The translations under genes and the position numbers were made by a program. A stretch of 64,000 nucleotides of DNA. It comes from Octopus sinensis (Eukaryota). Positions 39,558 through 52,402 of the stretch are shown one piece after another. The notes under the pieces are model-generated. The model saw only the letters and a program-made list of their open reading frames with translations, ran no database searches and was not told the DNA's origin. Position 1 is the first letter of the stretch; each line of letters opens with the position of its first letter. The stretch is from the NCBI RefSeq assembly GCF_006345805.1, contig NC_043006.1, forward strand, positions 37,014,001 to 37,078,000, written 5' to 3'.

Positions 39558-39645
39558 GGTGCCTACCATACGTTGACGAGAGGCAAACACCTTGAAACGT
39601 TGACGAGAGGCAAACACCTTGAAACCTGGGTCCGTATGTGGCATC
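39558..39645 (+). ncRNA. Type I hammerhead ribozyme, copy 2, with 27-bp internal duplication of core and stem II
   Basis: Same motif; cgttgacgagaggcaaacaccttgaaa occurs at 39571-39597 and 39598-39624; GUC at 39630-39632. Confidence 0.75.
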
Positions 39646-39942
39646 CGCTTCTTCGGGGAATGATCTCCCTTTGCAGGATAGAGGACACCGTGATGGTGTC
39701 AAGCCTATCTGGTGACGTTGATGATCGCCTGGGGCTAAATGCATCAGTACACCCCCCCCCGCCCTGCCCTGTCCCTAGCCACATTCAAATGGCTAATGTC
39801 CCTTTTGTTATGGAGCAGTTACTGTCTATATCTCGTTTAGAGAATTATTATTGCTGTCGAACAGATTTTCGAAATCAGTAAATGTATTTACGTGAAAATC
39901 TATATATAAATATCCTGCACAGAGAGTCGTTCGTCGAGGGGC

Positions 39943-40003
39943 GGTGCCTACAATACGTTGACGAGAGGCAAACACCTTGAAACCTGGGTCCGTATGTGGC
40001 ATC
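39943..40003 (+). ncRNA. Type I hammerhead ribozyme, copy 3
   Basis: UUGACGA 39958-64, GAGG/CCUU stem II, GAAA 39979-82, GUC 39988-90, stem I AUACG/CGUAU plus GGUGCC/GGCAUC (one C>A in stem I). Confidence 0.8.
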
Positions 40004-40633
40004 CGCTTCTTCGGGGAATGATCTCCCTTTGTAGGATAGAGGACACCGTGATGGTGTCAAGCCTATCTGGTGACGTTGATGATCGCCTGGGGCTAAATGC
40101 ATCAGTAACACCCCCACCGCCCTGCCCTGTCCCTAGCCACATTCAAATGGCTAATGTCCCTTTTGTTATGGAGCATTACTGTCTATATCTCGTTTAGAGA
40201 ATTATTATTGCTATAATATATATATATATATATATATAATATATATACAATATATATATATACACCACTGCATTAGAATAATAACTCTGCTACTAAAACC
40301 ACATCCTATTCAACGTTAGAATGCATTTAATTTTAAATGTTTGCACTGGCATGTCTTACCGAGGGTTAAGTGAAAACAAAGACATTTTTTTTTGCTCGAT
40401 TGAAAGAAAGCTTCGGCCGTGACCTTGTTCGTAATATTCTTTTCGTTTTTTATTCGCTTAACATATTGTTCGCAAGATTGAATTTTCCAGTATATTAATA
40501 AATTCTATTGTCGTTTCTGTTGTTGTTGTTGTGATTTAGTCCTAGGTTGACGCCACTGGTTTAACAGACTTTTGTTCGGGTTACTGTACCCCTACCCACA
40601 TAAGTTTCTTTAGGTTTGTGTGTGTGTATATAT

Positions 40634-40664
<31 letters not shown>

Positions 40665-40804
40665 TATATAAATTATATATATATATATGTGTGTGTGTTG
40701 TATGTGTATATATATATATATATTATATATATATATACACACACACATACAGACACACACATATATATATTATATATATATAATTATATATACATATATA
40801 TATA

Positions 40805-40835
<31 letters not shown>

Positions 40836-41005
40836 ATATATTTAGAGATAAAACCACTATTAGGCAAATCAAACAATGAAAAACATAAACCAAAACATAG
40901 AAATAAAAATAATTAATATAATATACAAAATATATAAAATACAAATTTAAAATTTAAATTATATATATATATAGATATATATATATAGATTATATATATA
41001 ACATA

Positions 41006-41522
41006 TACAAGGTAAGAAAATGGAGAAATACATCTATATCAAATATCAATTACCAGATAATACTCAATCACATACTTTATTAAACCACCACATAAGAGAC
41101 TGTAGGGTTAAACATAAAAAAGCAGAACAAATCAGTGTACATAAAGGAATGTACATAAAAAAGTGTACATAAAAGTGTAATGTTGTATAATAAGTAGAAT
41201 ATATATAAAAAAGAGAATATACATATAAGTAAATATAAATATAAGTATAGATTACATCTTACAGCTGTTTCGATGTAATCTATACTTATATTTACTTATA
41301 TGTATATTCTCTTTTTTTATATATATTCTACTTATTATACAACATTATTCTTTTATGTACACTTTTTTATGTACATTCCTTTATGTACACTGATTTGTTC
41401 TGTTTTTTTTTTATGTTTAACCCTACAGTCTCTTATGTGGTGGTTTAATAAAGTATGTGATTGAGTATTATCTGGTAATTGATATTTTATATAGATGTAT
41501 TTCTCCATTTTCTTATCTTGTA
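41006..41522. repeat. Long near-perfect palindrome (~250-bp arms, 13-nt loop)
   Basis: 41006-41258 is the reverse complement of 41272-41522 with few mismatches; loop ttacagctgtttc. Confidence 0.95.
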
Positions 41523-41694
41523 TTAGTAATTTGTGGTAAATCATTTTACCTTTGCCCATATAATACAGTAAATGAATTGATTGCATCGCAATCCTTAACA
41601 TTTATGTATTAACTTTGTTGGGTACTTCACTAGCATTGGATATATGTTATCCCATGGAGGGTTGCATTTACAACCCCTATCTCAATTTGTATAT

Positions 41695-41748
<54 letters not shown>

Positions 41749-42045
41749 ATATATATATATATATATATATACATATATACATATATATATATACATGTAT
41801 ATACACCACACACACCCACCACAACACCATCCCTCGACTATCGCGGTTGTTACGTCCCTCAAACCCCCGCGATAGGTGAACCGCGATATGGCGAGGGATT
41901 ACAGCTGAGCACTCATTTCATCGTTCTACATTTATGTATAAATATATATAGGCACAGGTGTGGCTGTGTGGTAAGTAGCTTGTTTACCAACTACATGGTT
42001 CTACGTCCAGTCCGACTGCATGGCACATTGGGCAAATGTCTTCTA

Positions 42046-42126
<81 letters not shown>

Positions 42127-42230
42127 TACACAATATATATAGTTCAAATTTACACAAAACAAAAGACGAATACAGGTGAAGGAACAACAAGCAGGTGTAT
42201 TAATTTAACGCTTGGGAAGAATGGAAAAGT

Positions 42231-42263
42231 CTTTGATGTTTCGAGCTTACGCTCTATGACAGA
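42231..42263 (-). ncRNA. Degenerate Penelope-type hammerhead-like motif in a repeat tail
   Basis: Minus: CUGUCAUA-GAGC-GUAA-GCUC-GAAAC-AUC-AAAG; perfect stem II, core decayed. Confidence 0.4.
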
Positions 42264-42364
42264 CACGATTGAGAGAGAAAAAAATGGAGAAAGAACGAGG
42301 AAAAAAAAGCGGCGAGAGAAAACAGTGTGTAAGGATTAACGGTTCAACATGATGAAATGACCTG

Positions 42365-42397
<33 letters not shown>

Positions 42398-42985
42398 TAT
42401 ATACGTGTGTGTGCACGTATATATAGATATGTATATGTCTGTATATATGTTTATATCTGTACACACACGCACATATATATATACATACATATACATATAT
42501 ATAGGAAGAGAGAGAGGAGAGAGAGGGAGACAGACTTTCCCCTTCTTTGGAAGCGAAAATAAGTTCAATAACTCAAGAATACTTCGCGTTCGATATTTAT
42601 TAGCAAACTTTAAGCCATTTCTTTTACCTCAATTTTGTCTTAATTATGAAAAGTACCTCGACCATAAATTTTCTCTGTTATTTTTATATATGTCGCCTAA
42701 AAGTCTTTATCTGTTGGAGTCAAGGTACGTAGACTGATGTGCTGATTGTGTTTCTTGATGCAGAAACATCCATCCATAACCTTCCTTTTGTCTGTAGGCG
42801 ATCACGCTGCTTTTCCTTTTTCCATAATGGCAGGTCGATTACAGAGAAGTTGTTTATTTTTTTTCTTCTTGAAGTAATGTCTTCTTCTCATTCGGTGTTG
42901 ATCCTGATTGCTACCAGGTGATTGCTCTAACTTTTCTTGCAGACGAAGATAAATTCAATAAATCTAGAATTTACCTTCGTTTCTG

Positions 42986-43152
<167 letters not shown>

Positions 43153-43272
43153 GTGTGTGTGTGTATTATCTATATATGTATGTATGTATATATATATATG
43201 TCTATGCATATGTATATATATATATATATTATGTGTATATATATATATAATATATATATATTATATATATAG

Positions 43273-43592
43273 TGGTACGCCGTCGGGTCAACGGAACAGC
43301 CTGCTCGTGAGATTAACGTGCAAGTGGCTTAGCACTCCACAGATACGTATAACCTTGAAGTATTTCTAGGGGAGATTCAGCGTGACAGAGTGTGTGACAA
43401 GGCTGGCCCTTTGAAATACAGGTACAACAAAAACAGGAAGAAAGAGTGAGAAAAATATGTGGGGAAAGAGTACAGCAGGGTTCGCCACCACCCCCTGCCG
43501 GAGCCTCGTGGAGCTTTAGGTGGGTTTTTTTCAATAAACACTCAGAACGCCCGGTCTTGGAATCGAAACCTCGTCCCATGACCAATACGTCT

Positions 43593-43595
<3 letters not shown>
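43273..43595 (-). mobile_element. SINE family C
   Basis: Body matches 36584-36934; head decayed. Confidence 0.88.
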
Positions 43596-43638
<43 letters not shown>

Positions 43639-44459
43639 TAAGCAAAATATGAGTTAGAGGTTATTCAACCATCCAAGGGATAAAAGTATCCATAGACTCT
43701 GCTGGTGTATTACCTCACTATGTTTGGCTATAAGGTATACAGTAGTTGATAATTTAAAGGTAAAACCGTGATGTAATATATATAGAAAAGAAAAGAAATG
43801 GAGCAATAATTAACAATAAGAAGTTGACCATTGGTATTAAAAAAAAAAAAAAAAAACAAAGTCATAGTTCAGAACTATTTACAGCTGTTTCTGATTATCA
43901 AATCGAGGTAAATTCGTATTTATCTCGTTCAATTTAACAAACATCGTCCGAATGATTTAGAGGAATATAAATAGGAGAAAAGGGAAAAGAAAGAAAAAGG
44001 AACAAGCAAAAAGAAAAGGAATGAGGTTAGTTAAGCTTTTAGGCTTACATTTTAGTGACTTTTTGGGTTCCACGTGTGTGTAAGATTCCCCAATTAGATG
44101 AATGGAGCAGTAAGTGGGGAAAATGACTAGTTGACCGGCGATGTATATACTGGCGTTCTGGCGATCAACGGAACAGCCTGCTCGTGAAATTAACGTCCAA
44201 GTGGTTGAGTATTCTAAAAACACGCGTACCCTTAACGTTGTTCTCAGGGAGAAACATTATGACAGAATTTTTTTGCCAACTGAGTGAACTGAAGCAATGT
44301 GAAATAAAGTGTTTTGTTCAAGGACACACTTTGTCGTCGGGAATTCTTCCGTTAATCGGATCAACTAGAACCCTCTCCGTCATAACAGACGGGGTGTCAG
44401 TTTTTTTTTTTCGCAAAAAAGAGAAAGCATTAGAAAAAGAGTGAAAGAAAAAAACAGAC

Positions 44460-44850
44460 ACAGGCATGGCTGTGTGGTAAGAAGTTTGCTTCCCAACCAC
44501 ATAGTTCCGGGTTCAGTCCCACTGCGTGGCACCTTCGGCAAGTGTCTTCTACTATAGTCTCGGGCCGACCAAAGCCTTGTGAGTGAATTTGGTAGACAGA
44601 AACTGAAAGAAGCTCGTCGTATACACACACACATATGTGTGTGTGTGTGTTTGTTTGTCTGTGTTTTCCCCCACCATCGCTTGACAACTGATGTTGGTAT
44701 GTTTACGTTCCTGTAATTTAGCGGTTCGGCCTAAGGAACACTAAAATAAGTACTAGGCTTACAAAGAATAAGTCTTGGGGTCATTTGTTTGATTAAAGGT
44801 GCTGCTACAGCATGGCTGCAGTCAAATGATTAAGACAAATAAAAGAAAAA
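44460..44850 (+). mobile_element. SINE family A
   Basis: Head, body and tail present. Confidence 0.9.
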
Positions 44851-45240
44851 GAAAAAAAACACCGAAAACTGAATGGGAAACCAGACGTTTTTCGTGCACC
44901 GTTATCGTTTAAAACATTTACGTCATCAACTTATAATAATAATAATTGAAGAGTAGGAAAAGTACTTCCACCGATTCATATTATATTTAAAGTGAATAAG
45001 CAAAAAAAAGTGTCGGAAATGTTTGGTAGGTCAAAAGTTATTTATAACCTGGGGATTGTCTTTATTATTTATCCTGAATCATTATTATGGGATCTAAGTC
45101 AGTGAACTGTCAGAATCGTTATCGTGTAGAACAAAATAAAAAAAAACATGCTTAGCCGCGTTTCTTCCGGCTTTTTACCGTCTCAGTTCAAATTCCACCG
45201 AGGTCGATTTGCTTTTAATTCTTTCAGGGTCGATAAGAAA

Positions 45241-45472
45241 AGGCGGCGAGCTGGCAGAAACGTTAGCACGCCGCGCGAAATGCTTAGCGGTATTTCGCCT
45301 GCCGTTACGTTCTGAGTTCAAATTCTGCCGAGGTCGACTTTGCTTTTCATCCTTTCGGGGTAGATTGAATAAGTGCCAGTTACGCATTGGAGTCGATATA
45401 ATCGACTTAATCCGTTTGTCTGTCATTGCTTGTCTCCTGTGTGTGTAGCCTCTTGTGGGCAGTAAAGAAATA
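45241..45472 (+). mobile_element. SINE family B, full length (further fragments to ~45960)
   Basis: Matches reverse complement of 9815-10043. Confidence 0.92.
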
Positions 45473-46414
45473 AGATAATACCAGAACAGGTCCTATATTA
45501 GAATGGCCTTATTATGTGATCTAAAGCTGTATGCTGGCAGAATCGTTAGCTTGAAGGCAAAACAGTGCTTGGCCGTATTTCACCCAGCCTTTTCTCTTTA
45601 TCTTCTGAGCTTAAATTCCGCCGAGGTCGACTTTGCCTTTCATCCTTTCGGGGTCGATACTTATAAGTATCTGCTGAACACTGGTGTTGATGATACCGTC
45701 TTATCCAAAAATTGCTGACCGTGTGCCAAAATTTGAAATAATTATTGGATCCAAATTTTAGCACAAGGCCAACAAGTTTGGGAAAGTGGGGAAGTCGATT
45801 ACATGGGCTCTTGTACTCAACTGGTGCTTATTTTATCGAAACTGAAAGGATGAAATGTAAAGCTGACTTCGGCGGAATTTGAACTCAGAACGTAAAGACG
45901 GACAAAATGCCGCTAAGAATTCTTTCCAGCACGATAACACTTCAGTCAGTTCATTGCCTTTAACGGAAATCACGTAATAGTTATTTCAATATTTTATTTT
46001 TGAAGACAGAGAGCTGCTTCTCCTCCAAAATTTCAGACCTCATGTTTATAATAGAAAGGATTATGTGATCTCCGTTAGTCCGGTAAAACGGATAATCTAG
46101 CATCTGTTTCGAAACAAGGAAATCGATTGCGTACTGCAGATAAAGACACACATGTTCATAATTATTCTCTCGTTGTTCGTTGAATACGCGGGACCTGAAT
46201 ATCCCTTCATTCTTTCCTGTCAGATAGGGAGGTGAAATGATTAGCCAGGAAAATTATTAGCTGGAATATTTGACCACTTTGCATAGGCGGTTTCCGGTTC
46301 AGTTCTACTGCGAAGCACCATGAGCAAGTGACTTCTCCTATAGCCCTGGGCCGGCCAATATCTTAGTGAATTTGGTGAACGGTAACTATGAAGAAGCCCG
46401 TCGTTTATATATAT

Positions 46415-46627
46415 TCTTTTACTCTTTTGCTTGTTTTAGTCATCTGACTGTGGTCATGCTGGAGCACCGCCTTTTAGTCGAACAAATCGATCCCTGGACT
46501 TATTCTTTGTAAGCCTGATGCTTATTTTATCGGTCTCCTCTGCCGAACTACTAGTTGTAAACACAACACAACAACATCGGTTGACAAGCAGTAGCGAGGG
46601 GAGCACAGACACATACACACATAAATA

Positions 46628-46677
<50 letters not shown>

Positions 46678-46870
46678 CACAACACACACACATATATATA
46701 GATATACGATAGGCTTCTTTCAGTTTCTGTCTATCATATCCACTGAAAGGCTTTGGTCGGCCTGAGGCTATAGTAGAGGACATATTACCCAAGGTGCCAT
46801 GCAGTGGGATTGAACCCAGAACCTTGTGGTTGGGAAGCAAGCGTCTTACTACACAACCACTCCTGTACCT
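46415..46870 (-). mobile_element. SINE family A
   Basis: Full-length decayed copy. Confidence 0.88.
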
Positions 46871-47161
46871 GTACGTGTGTGTGTAGGTAGGTGCGTTCCA
46901 TGAAAGACATAAGACTACGTTTCAGATTTATGTTTTTTCAAACAGACACTGACTTTTGATATTTTCGTATCAGTATCTTGCAGCCGTTTGGAACAATTGG
47001 ATTTAGGAAATTTATTGTTCCAAACTAACTGCAAGAAGCTGATACGAATATATGAAAAATCTGCTGTAAAAAAATGAGATAAAACTGGAACTAGTCGTGT
47101 CTTTAATGAAATACGTATAGAAGTAAAGCTGTTCCTCGTGTGCGCGAGTGTATATAAATGT

Positions 47162-47199
<38 letters not shown>

Positions 47200-47241
47200 T
47201 CCCTGTTTTTTCCTCTCTCCATTGCTTTCATCTCCTCATCC

Positions 47242-47277
47242 CTTTGTGTAGAAGGGCGTAGGTTCGAAACGTCAAAG
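47242..47277 (+). ncRNA. Degenerate Penelope-type hammerhead-like motif in a repeat tail
   Basis: CUUU-GUGUAGA-A-GGGC-GUAG-GUUC-GAAA-C-GUC-AAAG; same repeat family as 42231-42263. Confidence 0.45.
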
Positions 47278-47376
47278 TCCTCCATTTTTCTTAAGCGTCA
47301 AACTAATACACCTTATATATTGTTTCCTTACTTGTCATCGTGCTTTGTTTTTTTTGTTCCTTTCTGTACATTTTTG

Positions 47377-47424
<48 letters not shown>

Positions 47425-47711
47425 CTGTGTGTGTGTGTATGTATGTATGTATGTATGTATGTATGTATGGATGGATGGATGGATGGATGTACCTATATAT
47501 ATATATATGAGGGAAGAAGTAGCATAGGAAAACCATGGTTTAATTAGAAGGTTAATCTTAAAGCTAATCTGATTTTGAGAAAGATTCCTGCAGAAATATT
47601 TGGGAAAAACTGCATCAAATCCCAACTAATGGGGATTAACTTGCTATAGGGCCATGAATAACTAAGAATTGGGCCATCTGGTTCACGTTAATGAATCGAG
47701 AGCAACACAAA

Positions 47712-47811
47712 NNNNNNNNNNNNNNNNNNNNNNNNNNNNNNNNNNNNNNNNNNNNNNNNNNNNNNNNNNNNNNNNNNNNNNNNNNNNNNNNNNNNNNNNN
47801 NNNNNNNNNNN
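47712..47811. other. Assembly gap (100 N)
   Basis: Run of N. Confidence 1.
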
Positions 47812-47830
47812 GTTATTATTATTATTATTA

Positions 47831-47862
<32 letters not shown>

Positions 47863-48868
47863 TATAGTTGTTATTTATTAAATAATATTATCGATATAAT
47901 TTCATGGAAATTTTGCTCATTGTCATACTCACCCTCCCTCTCTTTACACAAACACACACACATATATATGTATGTATGTATATATGTATGTATGTATATA
48001 TATATGTTATATATAATATATATATATATATATATATTATAATATAGTTCCCGAACTATCTTTCACTTGTTCGTCTTACCTTCTTTCTATCTAATCCTTC
48101 ACTAAATGCCACTGTGCCATTCCATCCACAATTAATTTTCTGATATTATACGTTTACCTATTTATTTACATTGCATGAAAATTTTCGGCAAGATTCGTTT
48201 ACTTTCACTTTCACTTTCACATTCAATGTTCAACTATTATTGATCACATCATTCCTTCCCCATACTAGCTTAAAAATATTATTTTGCTAATACCTTTTCT
48301 CTACTCTTTCATCTATCTGCCTCTCACTCTTTCGATTGCTGTTACCTCTCCCTATCCAGTCACAGTTTCTCCAATCACAGTTAATCTCTCTTTCTCCTTC
48401 TTATCCCCCCCCTCATTCTCTCTCCCTGTCATTACTCTGACTTTATCAATACAACAAACAAACGTACATATGAACAACTAACGGCTGATAATAATGAATT
48501 TCATAACATACATAAATCTGGTACACATATGACGCACACACATGCACACACACAAATGCACTCACACACACACACACACATACACACACACACACACACA
48601 CACGCATATATGTGTGTGTATGTGTGTGTGTGTACGCGTGTATATGCATATATGTATAAATGTTTATATAAATCTCTATATATTCATATAAATATGTATA
48701 ATCTACGTAAAGACATGTATTTTGTATATAATCGTATGTATATGTTTCTGTTAATCTAACTCTGTTTCTTTCTCCCCCCTGCTCCTCTCTACACTAACTC
48801 ACATAAGCAACGAAAAAAAATGCACATACATACATTTATGTATGTATGTATCTATGTATTTGTGTGTC

Positions 48869-48949
<81 letters not shown>

Positions 48950-48960
48950 GTGTATATGTA

Positions 48961-49003
<43 letters not shown>

Positions 49004-49484
49004 ATATATGTACAGATAGATAGATAGATAGATAGATAGATTGATAGATAGATAAAGCGAAAGAGAGAGCGAGAGAGAGGGGGGAAGGGTAAACAGACTG
49101 CAGTATTTCGAAATATGCGTGTGTGGGCAATAGGCTTATTGCTGGCCCTTGTTATACGCATCTGCATATACATATACGTACATACAAACACATGGACGTA
49201 ACTGAGGACATACACATATACACGTTTTCGCATCTGCATCTAAATATATTTATGTGGACGTATTTGTATACACACATATACACACAAAGACAAACTGTTT
49301 CGGGAAACCAGTGTGTTCATGTTTGTGAGTGTGTGTGGGTGTGTGCACATGCGTGTGGAGAAGGTTATTTGTATGTGTGTTTGTTTGTATATCGAGAAAA
49401 TGATATTTGTAAAACCAGTCAAGTAAGAAATTCAAAATCTATTTGATACTGAAGATATCATTATAGACAGACGGAGATCGATAC

Positions 49485-50000
49485 GTACATACATACATAC
49501 ATACATACATACATACTTTACATACATACATACATACATGCATACATACATGCATACATACATAATACATACATACATACATACATACATACATACATAC
49601 ATACATACATGCATACATACATACATACATACATACATACATACATACAACATAATGCATGCATACATACATACATACATACATACATACAACTACATAC
49701 ATACATACATACATACATACATACATACAACATACATACATTGCATACATACATAATACATACATACATACATGCATACATACATGCATACATACATACA
49801 TACATACATACATACATTTATATGTGTGTATATATGACATATTTGCATGCGCGTTCTTGTTTGTGTGAATGTATGTATATATATATATGTATGTATGTAT
49901 GTATGTATGCATGTACGTAGTATGTATGTATGTATGTATGTATGTATGTATGTATGTATGTATGTATGTATGTATGTATGTATGTATGTGTGTGTGTGTG
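49485..50000. repeat. Large (TACA)n/(TATG)n microsatellite field
   Basis: Direct reading. Confidence 0.97.
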
Positions 50001-50279
50001 TGTGTATGTATAATATATGTGTATGTGTGTGTTTATATGCGCATATGTATGTGTGCTTATGTGTGTGTGTGTATGTAAGAATATATATACATATAGTTAA
50101 ACATGCGCATATATGTATAGATATACTGTTCATGTATCTATGTACGTATATATAAGTGCGTGTGTGTGTGTATGCCTACATGTGTGTATAGATGTGTGTA
50201 TGTGTATATATAATATGTGCATGTGCACATGTGAATTTGTATGTACAAGTGTGTTTGTCTTTGTGTGTGTGTATGTGGG

Positions 50280-50315
<36 letters not shown>

Positions 50316-50420
50316 ATATTATATATATAATTTTAATCCAAACGGGAAAACAGAAAAAACAACAACACGTGGAACAATTACAGTATTATTATTAATAGGC
50401 GCTCGAAAGATGGAAGCAGG

Positions 50421-50510
<90 letters not shown>

Positions 50511-50727
50511 CAGCGTCTGCGTGAGTTAGACAAATAGAAAGAGAAATTGTTGTGTATACATAGTGACAAAAAAAAAAAAAAGAGAATAAGGAACAGGTGA
50601 ACAACAGCAAGAACAAAAATAAAAATAAAAATAACTGTAGGTAGCAAGAATAAAACCATAAATTTGTATCTTACCTTCGTTTCTGTGGAAGAGAACCAAA
50701 AAGCTAAAAAATCTGAAATCGGCGAGG

Positions 50728-50789
<62 letters not shown>

Positions 50790-51454
50790 GTTGGTGGTAA
50801 AATTCTTCTTAAGGGCTCATCCTCACAATAACAGTATCTTCATGTCACGAGCCCCTGACCGTCATTTTATATGTTGTTATATATATACAATCCATCAACT
50901 AATTCATGTATACTTCCATACACACACACACATATATACACTATCATATTCATTCACACACGCACATACATACAGCAATATATACATATATATATATATG
51001 TATGGTATATTATAGTGTATGTTTGTATGTATACACGTTATCATATACACACAAACACAACACGCATACACATATACATATATAAATATATATGCGTATA
51101 CATACACTCAAACATGTAGACATATATATCTACGTTTGCACAACAAGTCTACATAGCCGTATACAAGGCATAAACGACGTACATATTCGTACGCTTACTC
51201 GCATTACGTTTCACTTTAGACAAGTCAAGTACATCTTTCTTCTGCTGCATCATAACAGACCAGAGTGAACGACAGTCTCCGTCTGCCTGAATGTCTGCAC
51301 GTCTGTACGCAATTACATTTCTCTCCTCCTCCATCTCTCTCTGGGTTTCTCTCAGTCTCTCACTTAACATCTCTCTTGCTATCGCTAATTCTCTTTCCCT
51401 AGCTACATACATATATACATGCATACATACATACATACATACATACATACATAA

Positions 51455-51498
<44 letters not shown>

Positions 51499-51527
51499 AC
51501 ACAGACATATATATGCTGAGACTCTCT

Positions 51528-51858
51528 TCGATCATGACAGACCATGGATTGCACCTAGAAAGTTACCCTCCCAGGCACAAGTCCGAGCAAAGGTTGTTTA
51601 TGGAAGACCAGCAGCCGCCCATGCATACCGGCCTTCCCTCTCAACGCCACCAGTGTTATCTAAGGGAAAGACAAAGGCCGATACAGCTTGTCACCTGAGT
51701 GAACTGGAGCAACGTGAAATAAAGTGTCTTGCTCAAGAACACAGCACGCAGCCCGGTCCGGGATTCGAACTCACAACCTCGCGATCGTAAGCTTGACGCT
51801 CTAACCACTAAGCCATGCGCCTTCATATATATCTATATATATAATATATATTATATAT

Positions 51859-51906
<48 letters not shown>

Positions 51907-51919
51907 GTATATGTGTGTG

Positions 51920-51954
<35 letters not shown>

Positions 51955-52402
51955 TAGATAGGGAAAGAGTATTAGCGATGTGAGGGCGCGTGGCTTAGTG
52001 GTTAGGGTATTGGGCTCACGATCGTAAGGTCGTGAGTTCAATTCCCGGCGATGCGTTGTGTGCTCGAGCAAGACACTTTATTTCACATTGCTCCAGTCCA
52101 CTCAGCTGTGTACTCCACAGTACGTGTACCCTTAACGTAGTTCTCAGGGAGATTCAGCGTGACACAGAATGTGACAAGACAGGTCCTTTGAAATACAGGT
52201 ACAACAGAAACAGGAAGAAAGAGTGAGAGAAAGCTGTGGTGAAAGAGTACAGCAGGGTCACCACCACCTCCTGCTGGACCCTCGTGGAGCTTTTTAGGTG
52301 TTTTTGCTTAATAAACACTCACAACGCCCGGTATGGGAATCGAAACCGCGATCCTACGACCGCAAGTCCGCTGTCCTAACCACTGTGCCATTGCGCCTCC
52401 AT
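51528..52402. mobile_element. Family C-related SINEs: 51528-51825 (-), 51981-52088 (+ head), 52089-52402 (-)
   Basis: tRNA-like heads and shared gtgtcttgctcaag / ccactcagctg central block. Confidence 0.87.

Larger units (their letters stand above)
39171..40212. mobile_element. Candidate non-LTR retrozyme: 358-bp tandem monomer with a type I hammerhead; one unit on - (39171-39539), ~1.85 units on + (39544-40212)
   Basis: 39171-39539 is the reverse complement of ~39800-40169; the + arm repeats with period 358 (GUC cleavage triplets end at 39632 and 39990); (TA)n on both sides; no credible ORF. Confidence 0.85.

Noticed and set aside
39113-40197. Recurrent 60-100 aa ORFs across the retrozyme array
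   Set aside because: They recur only because the DNA is repeated; no domain; the conserved feature is RNA structure.
43860-43935. Another GAAACAGCTGTA motif on minus
   Set aside because: No convincing core or stem II upstream; too decayed to call.
51149-51400. Coiled-coil-looking minus ORF (RERELAIAREML..)
   Set aside because: Charged part arises from (GA)-rich low complexity; remainder unrecognised.
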